Source of the DNA: Alphaproteobacteria bacterium
Lineage (GTDB): Bacteria; Pseudomonadota; Alphaproteobacteria; UBA828
Length of the DNA stretch: 64,000 nt
Reading direction: 5' to 3'
NCBI GenBank assembly: GCA_022820945.1
Contig: JAJEEP010000178.1
Location: 60,653 to 124,652 of the forward strand
The stretch's first letter is position 1; each line of letters starts with the position of its first letter. The notes under the pieces were generated by a model that made no database searches, was not told the origin of the DNA, and was given only the letters and a program-made list of their open reading frames with translations. Position numbers and translations under genes: made by a program. Shown one piece after another: positions 19,898-28,777 of this stretch.

Positions 19898-22161
19898 TGG
19901 CTTCCACCCCTCGCTGGCAAGGAGGGCTCCATCCCGGCCGCGGCGAAGACAAGAGTGACACGGGCGCCGCTTTCGGCCCCGTTCTCGAGGATCAACCGGC
20001 CACCGTGATCCTCCATGATCCTCCGCACTATGGCGAGGCCGAGGCCCGTGCCATCGGCGCGGTTCGTGACGTAGGGCTCCGTCAATCTGTCGCGCAGCTC
20101 GGCGGGTAGCCCCGGCCCGTTGTCCTCGACCTCCACCCGCCAATGCCGGTCGACTTCACCCACGCGAATGACGATGCGCCCTGGCGGGCCGGCGTCGGGT
20201 GCTCGGCTTTCGATCGCTTCGACGGCGTTCTTCAGCACGTTAGTGAGCGCCCGGCCAATCTGGTGAACGTCGCAGTCGAGGTGGATGTCGTCGTCCGGAC
20301 GTTCGATTTCGATGGCGATCTCGGGGTTCGCCAGACGGTGCAGGGCGACCGCTTGCTCGGCGATGCCCGTCAGCTCCGCCCGTTCGATCACGGGCGCCGG
20401 CATCCGCGCAAATGACGAGAATGCGTCGATCATTTGGCGTATGTCGCCGACCTGACGGACGATGATGTCGGTGCAGTCCTCAAACACTTCCGGCTCGGTG
20501 CTGATCTCGCCGAGATATCGACGCTTCAGCCGCTGGGCGGAGAGCTGGATCGGGGTCAGAGGATTCTTGATTTCGTGGGCGATGCGCTGGGCGACGTCGG
20601 CCCATGCCGCTCGCCGCTGCGCCGACACCAGAGCGGAGATGTCGTCGAAGGTAACGACAAAGCCGTCGATCTTTTGGCCATCCCGTTCGGTCACGATACG
20701 CACGAGCAAGGTGCGGCGGCGCTCGCCGCGAACCAATTCGACTTGATCCTCGACCAAGGGCTGGGGCTGCGTTCGCGCCAGGGTCAGCAGGTCGGCCATT
20801 TCCGGGACTGCCTCCTGGAACGCGTGGCCGGAGAGGTCGTCCTGCCTCGCGCCCAACAACGCAAGCGCTGACGGATTGGGCAGCGTGATCAGCCCGTCCG
20901 CGTCCAGGCCGATGACGCCGGCGGAGACGCCGGCAAGCACCGCCTCGGTGAAGCGCCGCCTTTCGTCCAGTTGCAGGTTGGCGTCTTGCAGCTCCTGCTG
21001 CTGGCTGTGGATTTGACCGGTCATCCGATTGAAGGCGCGGCTGAGAGAGCCCATTTCGTCGTCTTGCGGGGGTTCGTCGACACGCGCAGCAAGCTCGCCG
21101 GCGCGAACACGGTCCGCAGCCGCGATGAGGCCGCCGATCGGATGGGCGATGCGGTTGGCGAATTGAAGACCGAGCCACACCGCCGAAAGCAAGACAAGAA
21201 GAGCGACCAGGATGAAAATCATCACGAACGTGATTTGGATACCGTAGCGCTCCTCTTCGAGGCGCTGATAGTCCCGCGTTACGGCCTGAATCTGCCTGGT
21301 GTGAGCGATCACGTCGCGCTGCAGCGCTCGAGCCACATAGAGATAGCTGTCGATGAACCCGCCGAGCTTGATTAGCGCACGCACGCGGTCGTCTTCGGCT
21401 GGAAGGATCACGAGGCGCCCTTCAGCAGCGGCATTCATGGCCCAATCGGGGAGGGGATGAATTACCGTGGCAAGGCCCAAGTCGGTGCGGGCCAGAACGT
21501 CCCCGTTGCGGCGAAGTATGACCGCCTCGGTGAGTGAGAGCGCATTGGCCGTGTCGTTCAGGAGCCGCGGCATGAGTTGAGGGCGTCGCCCAAGATGAAG
21601 GGCTTGGCCGTTGAGCTGCATGGCCGCAGCCAGGGTGCTGATGCGTATGCTGTCGCCTTGCTCCCCTACATAGGTCTGGGCGACGACCAGCGAGCGGTTG
21701 AGCGCGGTCGAGACTTTCTCGCTGAACCAGGACTGCATCCCAAAATGGAGAAAGAGCGCAGAGAACACGGCAACGACGATGGTCGGCGTCATCGCCACGA
21801 GGCTGAACAGTGCCGCCATCCGAATATGCAGCCGCGCGCCGGCTGCCCCGCGGCGGCGCTCGCTCCATAGCTTCACCAACTGCGAAGCCACCAACGCACC
21901 GAGCAGGAGCAACAGCACCAGGTCGATGTTGAGGAGGATCAGGATGGTCTGGGGATCGGGGCCGAACGGCGCAGATCCACTCATCGTGGCGTACGTGATC
22001 GCACCACAGATCACCGCGGCGCAGGCGAGACCAATGGCGAGCCAACGTCGCACGTCCGGGCGCTGCAACCACGACGCGAAACGCCGGCGCAAAGCGCTGC
22101 CCGCCGAGCGCGGGTCCGCGCTTGCGGCAGCCTCGGTTCGGATCAGCGCCTCGTCAGCCAT
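19879..22161 (-). CDS. ntrY: sensor histidine kinase NtrY (transmembrane, HAMP, PAS, HisKA and HATPase domains)
   Basis: 760-aa ORF. N-terminal transmembrane helices. H-box AQRIAHEIKNPLTPIQLSAQRL. N-box NVLKNAVEA. G-boxes DNGPGL and GTGLGLAIV. Confidence 0.9.
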   Translation of the reverse strand: MADEALIRTEAAASADPRSAGSALRRRFASWLQRPDVRRWLAIGLACAAVICGAITYATMSGSAPFGPDPQTILILLNIDLVLLLLLGALVASQLVKLWSERRRGAAGARLHIRMAALFSLVAMTPTIVVAVFSALFLHFGMQSWFSEKVSTALNRSLVVAQTYVGEQGDSIRISTLAAAMQLNGQALHLGRRPQLMPRLLNDTANALSLTEAVILRRNGDVLARTDLGLATVIHPLPDWAMNAAAEGRLVILPAEDDRVRALIKLGGFIDSYLYVARALQRDVIAHTRQIQAVTRDYQRLEEERYGIQITFVMIFILVALLVLLSAVWLGLQFANRIAHPIGGLIAAADRVRAGELAARVDEPPQDDEMGSLSRAFNRMTGQIHSQQQELQDANLQLDERRRFTEAVLAGVSAGVIGLDADGLITLPNPSALALLGARQDDLSGHAFQEAVPEMADLLTLARTQPQPLVEDQVELVRGERRRTLLVRIVTERDGQKIDGFVVTFDDISALVSAQRRAAWADVAQRIAHEIKNPLTPIQLSAQRLKRRYLGEISTEPEVFEDCTDIIVRQVGDIRQMIDAFSSFARMPAPVIERAELTGIAEQAVALHRLANPEIAIEIERPDDDIHLDCDVHQIGRALTNVLKNAVEAIESRAPDAGPPGRIVIRVGEVDRHWRVEVEDNGPGLPAELRDRLTEPYVTNRADGTGLGLAIVRRIMEDHGGRLILENGAESGARVTLVFAAAGMEPSLPARGGSQWPTIF

Positions 22162-22194
22162 CGCCTCTGCCGCTTGCCCAGTCGCGAGCGACGC

Positions 22195-22554
22195 TCAGCC
22201 TGCCGCCTCGCCGCCCGGCGGGCCGTAGAACACGACCCAAACGTAGAGGTCGTCGCTGAATTCCTCGAAGGCGTGCCGTACGCCGGCGGGCACGAACAGC
22301 ACATCGCCAGGCTGGAAGGGGTGGCTCTCGGGACCATTGCGAAACGTCCCGCGGCCACTCATGACCACGTAGACCTCGTCCTGGTCGTGGGGCTGTTGCG
22401 GATCGGTGCCGCGCGGCGCATAGAGGCCGACACGGAGCGTCCCGCGGGAGATCAACTCGGCCCACGGCCTGCCGCCTGCAGGAACCTCGGCGAGGGCCGC
22501 CACCGCCTGGGCCAGCGTGACCTGGCCCGGCACAGCGCTCGAGTCTTGGCTCAT
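22195..22554 (-). CDS. small cupin-domain protein
   Basis: 119-aa ORF. HDQDEVYVVMSGRGTF...GDVLFVPAGVRHAFE matches the two-motif cupin pattern. Confidence 0.7.
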   Translation of the reverse strand: MSQDSSAVPGQVTLAQAVAALAEVPAGGRPWAELISRGTLRVGLYAPRGTDPQQPHDQDEVYVVMSGRGTFRNGPESHPFQPGDVLFVPAGVRHAFEEFSDDLYVWVVFYGPPGGEAAG

Positions 22555-22599
22555 GCTGCCAATTCCTCTCTCAATGCCGACGAGTAGCGCCGCGGCCGG

Positions 22600-23011
22600 T
22601 CAGCGACCGTCGTCCCAGACCCAGGCGATCTGCTCGGTGTCCTCGTACGCCTGCCAATGGACGATGGCGCCATCCCTGATTCGGAAATACCAGGCCGTCT
22701 CCTGGTGAAGGAGGCGTCCGGTGTTCTTGGCAGCCGACGTCTCGTCGATGAGCACCATCACGTTCTCGCCCTCTCCGAACATCAGGTTCACCGTGTGCGA
22801 GCAGCGCACCGATCGCGTGGAAGCATTGCTTGATCGGCTCGCGCCCCTGCCAGCGGCCCGCCCACGCAACCTTGAACGAGCCCGGCAGGACCACCACCGC
22901 GTCCTCGGCAAGCAGGCTCATCATGGTCTGGCCGTCGCCGCCCTTGATCGCATCCAGAAACTGCTGAACGACCCTTTTCGGTCCGTTGTCTGCCATGATT
23001 GCCTGCTCCAT
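22600..23011 (-). pseudogene. SnoaL/NTF2-like protein gene interrupted by a single frameshift near 22,797-22,810
   Basis: The N-terminal half is in the frame of ORF 22571..23011 (MEQAIMADNGPKRVVQQFLDAIKGGDGQTMMSLLAEDAVVVLPGSFKVAWAGRWQGREPIKQCFHAIGALL). The C-terminal half is in the frame of ORF 22600..22911 (HTVNLMFGEGENVMVLIDETSAAKNTGRLLHQETAWYFRIRDGAIVHWQAYEDTEQI). Past the junction each frame becomes Arg/Gly-rich nonsense. Confidence 0.7.
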
Positions 23012-23187
23012 GTCGTGGATGCTTGCTCGTTTGCCGCCTTACTCGCCGCGGGCCTCCGCCGAGACGGGCGTGCGGTCGTGCTCGGCTGCCGCAAGCTTCA
23101 TTGCCACGCTCCCGGTTCGATGCAGGGGCCCCCTGCCCTCACCGGCCATATGGTGACGCCCACTCATATTGCACCCCTGCCCCGGTG

Positions 23188-23197
23188 CTGTATACAG
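23188..23197. promoter_or_regulatory. perfect 10-bp palindrome CTGTATACAG in the divergent promoter region, about 40 nt upstream of the AtzG-like gene
   Basis: Read directly from the sequence. The TGTATACA core resembles the GntR/FadR-type half-site arrangement (GT-Nx-AC). No regulator gene is adjacent. Confidence 0.3.
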
Positions 23198-23234
23198 GGC
23201 CGTCCTGCACTCCCGCGCCTCCGAGGTGCCGCTC

Positions 23235-23435
23235 ATGGCCAGGATTTCCGATGATCTCATCGCTGCCCAGGCCGTGTCGGCAGGGCGCAAACCGCCGACC
23301 GAGGAGCGCGCCAAGGCTCTTGCCGCCGCGGTCGATTTGATGGTGCAAGCGGCCGACGACGCGGCCTCCGGGCTCGCCTTCGAAAGCGAACCCGCGCACA
23401 TCGTGACCGCCATGGACGAGACCGCGGTGCCCTGA
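23235..23435 (+). CDS. small AtzG/GatC-like (DUF4089-type) partner protein of the downstream amidase
   Basis: 66-aa product from the ATG at 23235 inside ORF 23169..23435. Its stop lies 1 nt before the amidase ATG. The size and position mirror the AtzG-AtzE arrangement. The sequence match was judged by eye only. Confidence 0.5.
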   Translation: MARISDDLIAAQAVSAGRKPPTEERAKALAAAVDLMVQAADDAASGLAFESEPAHIVTAMDETAVP

Positions 23436-23436
23436 C

Positions 23437-24849
23437 ATGAGCGAAGACATCCACCTGCTCAGCCTGGTCGAACTGGCCGACGCGATCGCCGCGCGGCAGC
23501 TCTCGGCCGTCGAAGTGATGACCGCGACCGTCGCCCGTGCAGAGCGACTCCAGCCGGTGCTCAACTGCTTCATTTCGCTGCAGGCGGAGGCGGCGCTGGA
23601 GAGCGCAGCGGGGGCCGACGCCGCGCTCGCGCGGGGCGAGGCGCCGGGCCCGTTGCATGGCGTGCCGCTCGCCCACAAGGACATGTTCTACCGCGCGGGC
23701 CACGTCACCACCTGCGGCTCGCGCATCCGCAGGGACTTCGTGCCGGACCACGACAGCACCGCCCTCGCCCGCCTGCACGGCGCCGGCGCGATTTACCTCG
23801 GCGGGCTCAACATGGCAGAGTTCGCCACCGGCCCAACCGGCCACAACGAGCACTGGGGCGACTGCCGCAACCCCTGGAACCAGAACCACATCTCCGGCGG
23901 CTCGTCGAGCGGCTCGGGCTCCGCCGTCGCGGGCCGCGTGGTCTTCGGCGCGCTCGGCTCCGATACCGGCGGCTCTGTGCGCCTGCCATCGGCCTGCAAC
24001 GGCGTGGTGGGGCTCAAGACGACAGCCGGCCTGGTCAGCCGCCACGGGATCATGCCCCTCTCCCACACGTTGGACACGGTGGGGCCGCTCACCCGCACCG
24101 TGCGTGACGCGGCGCGGATCGTGAGCGTGATCGCCGGCCACGACCCGCGCGACTCGACCTCCGGCAGCCGGCCCGTTCCCGACTACGAGGCGGCGCTGAC
24201 GGAGAGCGCCCGAGGCCTCAGGATCGGCGTGCCGACCAGCTACTTCTACGATCAGGCCACCGACGAGGTGCGGGCGCTGATGGAGCGGAGCCTCGATGTC
24301 CTGCGCGATTGCGGTGCCACGGTCGTCGAGGTCTCGGTGCCCGACATCGAACGCATCAACAACCTCTCCAACGTAATCCTCTCCAGCGAGGCGGCGGCGA
24401 TTCACGAGCCCTGGCTCGCCGGCCGGCCCGAGGACTATCAGGAGCAGGTCCGCAACCGGTACGAGCCCGGCCTGCACGTCCCGGCGGTGAAATACATCCA
24501 GGCGCTATCCGCCCGCGCCGGGCTGCTGCGCGAGTTCGTTGATACCGCGCTCGCCGGGGTCGACGCGCTGCACACGCCGGCCATCCCCTTCCCCATCCCG
24601 ACGCGGGAGGAGACCAATGTCGGCGGTGGCGATCGCATGGCCGCGATGGTCGCTGGCCTGAGCACGTGCACCCGCGCGGCCAACTACCTCGGCGGCCCCG
24701 CGCTCATCGTGCCCTGCGGCTTCACCGAGAGCGGCCTGCCCGCCACCTTCCAGCTGATGGGGCGTCCGTTCTCCGAGGCGACCCTCTTCCGCCTCGGCCA
24801 CGCCTACCAGCAAGCGACCGACTGGCACACCCGGGCCCCGAACCTATAA
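23437..24849 (+). CDS. amidase-signature enzyme (GatA/AtzE-like)
   Basis: 470-aa ORF. Amidase signature GGSSSGSGSAVAGRVVFGALGSDTGGSVRLPSACNGVVGLK. The catalytic Lys lies in the HKDMF context. Confidence 0.9.
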   Translation: MSEDIHLLSLVELADAIAARQLSAVEVMTATVARAERLQPVLNCFISLQAEAALESAAGADAALARGEAPGPLHGVPLAHKDMFYRAGHVTTCGSRIRRDFVPDHDSTALARLHGAGAIYLGGLNMAEFATGPTGHNEHWGDCRNPWNQNHISGGSSSGSGSAVAGRVVFGALGSDTGGSVRLPSACNGVVGLKTTAGLVSRHGIMPLSHTLDTVGPLTRTVRDAARIVSVIAGHDPRDSTSGSRPVPDYEAALTESARGLRIGVPTSYFYDQATDEVRALMERSLDVLRDCGATVVEVSVPDIERINNLSNVILSSEAAAIHEPWLAGRPEDYQEQVRNRYEPGLHVPAVKYIQALSARAGLLREFVDTALAGVDALHTPAIPFPIPTREETNVGGGDRMAAMVAGLSTCTRAANYLGGPALIVPCGFTESGLPATFQLMGRPFSEATLFRLGHAYQQATDWHTRAPNL

Positions 24850-24925
24850 TCCCCGGTCCACGCCGTGCGGTCGGGGCGCAGTCAGCACAACTCAGGAATC
24901 TCGACGGAGGGCGAAAGCGATCCCC

Positions 24926-25312
24926 ATGAAGGCACACGGTACATTCTTCTGGAACGAGCTGATGACCTGGAGCGTCGACAAGGCGAAGGCGTTCTATGAG
25001 GAAACCCTGGGCTGGCAGTACGAGTCGCACCCGATGGCCGACGGCGGCACCTACACGCTCTGCAAGGCCGGTGAGACCATGACCGCCGGCATCTTCGAGA
25101 TGAAGCCGGACACGGGCTTCGACGGCGTGCCCGACCACTGGTTCGCCTACATCGCCGTGGACGATATCGACGCCCGGCTCGCAGGGATCGAGGCGGCGGG
25201 AGGCGAGATCATGCGCCCGGCCTTCGACGTGCCCGACGTTGGCCGCTTCGCTGTGGTCAAGGACAGCGCCGGCGCCTCCATCGGCTGGGTCACCCCGTTC
25301 GAGTGCGACTGA
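24926..25312 (+). CDS. VOC/glyoxalase-family protein
   Basis: 128-aa ORF with the typical small VOC-fold pattern: FFWNELMT...AKAFYEETLGW...GGEIMRPAFDVPDVGRFAVVKDSAGASIGW. Confidence 0.75.
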   Translation: MKAHGTFFWNELMTWSVDKAKAFYEETLGWQYESHPMADGGTYTLCKAGETMTAGIFEMKPDTGFDGVPDHWFAYIAVDDIDARLAGIEAAGGEIMRPAFDVPDVGRFAVVKDSAGASIGWVTPFECD

Positions 25313-25330
25313 CTCCCTAGGAGGCGCGCG

Positions 25331-26500
25331 ATCTACGACGCGATCGTTGTCGGCGCCCGCTGCGCGGGCGCGCCCACGGCCATGCTTCTGGCCCGAAAGG
25401 GCCGCCGCGTGCTGCTGCTCGACCGCGATCGCTTCCCCAGCGAGATGGGGCAATCGACGCACCTGATTCATCCGCTGGGTGCCGCTCACCTGCGCGACTG
25501 GGGCGTATTGCCGCAGATCGCGACGCGCGCCACCCCCTTCACCGACTGGCGGGTCGACCTTCACGGCACCGTGCTTGAGGGTGCGCCGCCTGCGGTGGAC
25601 GGCCAGTACGAGTCTTACGGTCCCCGACGGCAGCTGCTCGACGGCACGCTGGCGGAGGCGGCGGTCGCCGCCGGCGCAGAGTTTCGCGACGGCACGCGCG
25701 CGGTCGATCTGGTCGAGGATGGCGGCACGGTTGCCGGCGTCGTGACCTTGGGCCAGGACGGCAGGCGGCAAACCGAGCGTGCGCGCCTGGTCATCGGCGC
25801 GGACGGACCCGCCTCGGCCGTCGCGCGCTGTACCGGCGCGAAAGAGTCCCTGTGCGAGCCGGTCGTGCAAAGCAACATCTGGAGCTATTGGGAGGGCGTC
25901 CCGCTCGACCACGTCAGGCTCTACATCCGCGAGCACAAGGGTGCCTTCGCCTTCCCCGCAAGCGACGGCACCGTGCTGGTCGCCGCCAACCTGATGCACA
26001 ACGAGTTCGTGGCCGCCCGCCGCGACCGGGAGGCCGCGTTCCACGCGAGACTCAACGAAGTAGCGCCCGACCTGAGCGCGATGCTGCCCGGCGCCAGGCG
26101 AGTCGAGGGCTTCCACGCCGGTTGCACGCGGGCCTTCGTGCGCGAGGCGGCGGGCCCCGGCTGGGCCCTGGTCGGCGATGCGGGCATGAAGAAGGACCCG
26201 GTGACTGCGCAGGGTATCTCGACCGCGTTCCGCTGCGCCGAGATGTTGGTCGAGGCCGCCGACGATGGGCTCAACGACCGGCGCCCGCTCGACGAGGCGC
26301 TTGCCGCCTACGGGGAGGCGCGCGACGCCTGGCTGCTGCCCTACTACCACTTCACCGCTCAGCTCGCCCGCTTCGCCAAGCCGACGGACACGTTGGCGGC
26401 GTACTACCGCGCGATCCAGCCTGATCCGGACGCGACCGCCCGCCTCTTCGGTTGCGTCGCCCTTACCCACTCGCCCGACGAAGTGCTGCCGCAGGCTTAG
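25331..26500 (+). CDS. FAD-dependent oxidoreductase/monooxygenase; the proposed start is a non-canonical ATC at 25331 (first ATG is at 25382)
   Basis: The ORF track starts at ATG 25382. However, the Rossmann motif YDAIVVGARCAGAPTAMLLARKGRRVLLLDR begins upstream of that ATG. AGGAGG at 25319-25324 lies 6 nt before ATC 25331. No ATG, GTG or TTG occurs between the TGA at 25310 and 25382. GADG and GDAG motifs lie downstream. Confidence 0.6.
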   Translation: MYDAIVVGARCAGAPTAMLLARKGRRVLLLDRDRFPSEMGQSTHLIHPLGAAHLRDWGVLPQIATRATPFTDWRVDLHGTVLEGAPPAVDGQYESYGPRRQLLDGTLAEAAVAAGAEFRDGTRAVDLVEDGGTVAGVVTLGQDGRRQTERARLVIGADGPASAVARCTGAKESLCEPVVQSNIWSYWEGVPLDHVRLYIREHKGAFAFPASDGTVLVAANLMHNEFVAARRDREAAFHARLNEVAPDLSAMLPGARRVEGFHAGCTRAFVREAAGPGWALVGDAGMKKDPVTAQGISTAFRCAEMLVEAADDGLNDRRPLDEALAAYGEARDAWLLPYYHFTAQLARFAKPTDTLAAYYRAIQPDPDATARLFGCVALTHSPDEVLPQA

Positions 26501-26630
26501 TCCGGTTCCGTCGTCACGCTCGTGGCCTCGACCCAACGTGGGCCGTGACCGCAATTGGAAATCCGGGCTAGTCTACGCGGCGCTAGGCGGCCGCTCTCGA
26601 CGAGCGGCGGGCGGGAGACGGCAGGCGGAC

Positions 26631-27785
26631 ATGAGCGAAACGCAGCCGGCGAGCACGGACGCGAGCAACCGCGACGCGGCCCTCGCAGCCCTCTACGACG
26701 ATGTCCACCACGGCCACATGTTCCCCTTCTGGGCAACCACCACCGAGGTCGCGCACGACGAGATCCGCCAGCTCATGGGAAGCCGCGGCGCCGTCCCCTA
26801 CCTCTGGCGCTACGAGAGCGAAATCGGGCCCCTCCTCCGCCGCTCCGCCGAGCTGGTCTCGATGGCGGATTCCGAACGCCGCTCGCTGATCCTGGTGAAC
26901 CCCGGCCTCGCGCCTACGCGCGCGACCGTCTCCACCATGTACTCAGCCTACCGCCTCAACGACCCCAACGAGGTGATGCCGCCGCACCGGCACTCGCCCA
27001 ACGCCATCCGCCTCGGCCTCACGGGCTCGATGAACTTCACCGGCGTCGAGGGCGAGGACATCGTGTTCGGCCCCGGCGACATGGTGCTGACGCCGCAGGA
27101 CACCTGGCACAACCACGGCAACAAGGGCGACGAGCCTGCCGTGAACCTCTCCGTGCTCGACCTGCCGCTGGTGGAGATCCTCAACGCGATCTACTTCGAG
27201 CACGACTACAAGGAAGAGAAAGACGGCCGCGCGGTCTCCACGAAGGAACAATCCGCCCGCTTCAGCGCCGACTACTCGGCCGAGGTCTACGGCTCCGGCG
27301 GCCTGATGCCCTGCTTCGTGCCCCACGGGCGGGGCAGCGGTACCGGCTCGCCCATGTACGTCTACCGCTGGGAGCCGATGCGGGAGATGCTGGAGGCGCA
27401 CCGCGACCGCGACGGCGACCCCTACGAGGCCCTGATGGTCGAGTACGTGGATCCCACCCGCGGCGGCCCGGTGTTCCGGACCATGACCTTCTACGCCCAG
27501 ATGCTCAGGCCCGGCGAGCAGACCCGGCCTCTCAAGCAGACCGCGAGCCTGCTCGTCTCCCCGCTCGAAGGGCGCGGACACAGCATCGTGGGCGAGACCC
27601 GCTTCGACTGGCGGCCCTTCGACACGCTCGCGGTGCCCGGCGGCCAGTGGTGCTGCCACGTCAATGAGTCAGAGACCGAGCCCGCCATCCTCTTCGTGGC
27701 GAGCGACAAGCCGGCGCTGCATGCGCTGGGCCACTTCAGAAAGTGGGGCCGCGACGCCTCGGGCGACACGGTCCGCCTCGTCTAG
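26631..27785 (+). CDS. bicupin dioxygenase (gentisate 1,2-dioxygenase-like)
   Basis: ATG at 26631 inside ORF 26265..27785. The sequence HRHSPNAIRLGLTGSMNFTGVEGEDIVFGPGDMVLTPQDTWHNHGN resembles the GDO metal-binding cupin. A second cupin lies near the C-terminus. Confidence 0.7.
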   Translation: MSETQPASTDASNRDAALAALYDDVHHGHMFPFWATTTEVAHDEIRQLMGSRGAVPYLWRYESEIGPLLRRSAELVSMADSERRSLILVNPGLAPTRATVSTMYSAYRLNDPNEVMPPHRHSPNAIRLGLTGSMNFTGVEGEDIVFGPGDMVLTPQDTWHNHGNKGDEPAVNLSVLDLPLVEILNAIYFEHDYKEEKDGRAVSTKEQSARFSADYSAEVYGSGGLMPCFVPHGRGSGTGSPMYVYRWEPMREMLEAHRDRDGDPYEALMVEYVDPTRGGPVFRTMTFYAQMLRPGEQTRPLKQTASLLVSPLEGRGHSIVGETRFDWRPFDTLAVPGGQWCCHVNESETEPAILFVASDKPALHALGHFRKWGRDASGDTVRLV

Positions 27786-27836
27786 GGCGGATCAGGCCGG
27801 ACCGGCCCCGCCTTCACCAAAGGGAGAACGACGACC

Positions 27837-28760
27837 ATGACCACGGCAGCGGTAGTTGGCCTCGGCACCATGGGGCCCGGCATGGCGGCAACGCTCGCGC
27901 GCGGCGGGCTCACGGTGCGCGCCTTCGATACCGAAGCGGCACAGTTGGAGAAGGCGCCCGGCACCGCCGGCGTCGCCTTCGGCGTGCTGGAGAAGCTGGG
28001 CATGCCCGACCGCGGCGGGGCCGAGTCGATCAGCTATCACGACACCCTCGCCGATGCCGTCGCCGGCTGCGATATCGTGCTGGAGAGCGTGCCGGAGAAG
28101 GTCGAGATCAAGCGCGCCGTCTTCGCGGACCTCGACAAGCTGGTCTCCAAGGAGTGCATCCTCGCCTCCAACACCTCCGGCATCCCGGTGACCACGCTGC
28201 AGGAGGGCAACTCGGCACCGGGCCGCGTCGTGGGCATGCACTGGTCCAACCCACCCTTCATCATCCCGGTCATCGAGGTCATCGCCGGCGCGGAGACCAC
28301 GCAGGAAACCTGCGACGCGATGGTGCAGGCGATCAAGGACCTCAACCTGCTGCCGGTGGTGGTGAAGAAGGACGTGCCCGGCTTCGTCGAGAACCGCATC
28401 CTCTACGCGATCATGCGCGAGGCCTGCGATCTGGTGGAGAACGGCGTGATCGAGCCCGAGGGCCTCGATACCTGCGTCTCCTGGGGCATCGGCTACAAGC
28501 TCGCGGTGGTGGGGCCGATGTCGTTGCTCGACATGGCCGGCCTCGACATCTACCAGGCGGTCGGCAGCTACCTGAACGCCGACCTCTGCAACCGCGACAA
28601 CGTGAGCAGCTACATCACGGAGCGGACGGAGAAAGGCGATCTCGGCATGAAAACCGGCACCGGAATTTTCTCGTACACGCCGGACGACATCAAAGCGCTG
28701 CAGGGCAAGCGGGCCGGCCAGCTCGTCGCAGTCCGCCGCGCCCTCGAAGGCCGCTCGTAA
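27837..28760 (+). CDS. 3-hydroxyacyl-CoA (3-hydroxybutyryl-CoA) dehydrogenase family protein
   Basis: 307-aa ORF. Contains VVGLGTMGPGMA, SNTSGIPV and PGFVENRILYA. Confidence 0.85.
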   Translation: MTTAAVVGLGTMGPGMAATLARGGLTVRAFDTEAAQLEKAPGTAGVAFGVLEKLGMPDRGGAESISYHDTLADAVAGCDIVLESVPEKVEIKRAVFADLDKLVSKECILASNTSGIPVTTLQEGNSAPGRVVGMHWSNPPFIIPVIEVIAGAETTQETCDAMVQAIKDLNLLPVVVKKDVPGFVENRILYAIMREACDLVENGVIEPEGLDTCVSWGIGYKLAVVGPMSLLDMAGLDIYQAVGSYLNADLCNRDNVSSYITERTEKGDLGMKTGTGIFSYTPDDIKALQGKRAGQLVAVRRALEGRS

Positions 28761-28777
28761 CAGCGCGACGCAACGCC

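Noticed and set aside
25310-25312. TGA between the VOC and flavoprotein frames read as selenocysteine
   Set aside because: I could not see a SECIS-like hairpin immediately downstream, and the local context has nothing resembling a redox Cys/Sec motif. A non-canonical ATC start or a split fusion is more economical.
24722-26554. 610-aa minus-strand ORF
   Set aside because: It is antisense to the VOC and flavoprotein genes, so it is a shadow ORF.
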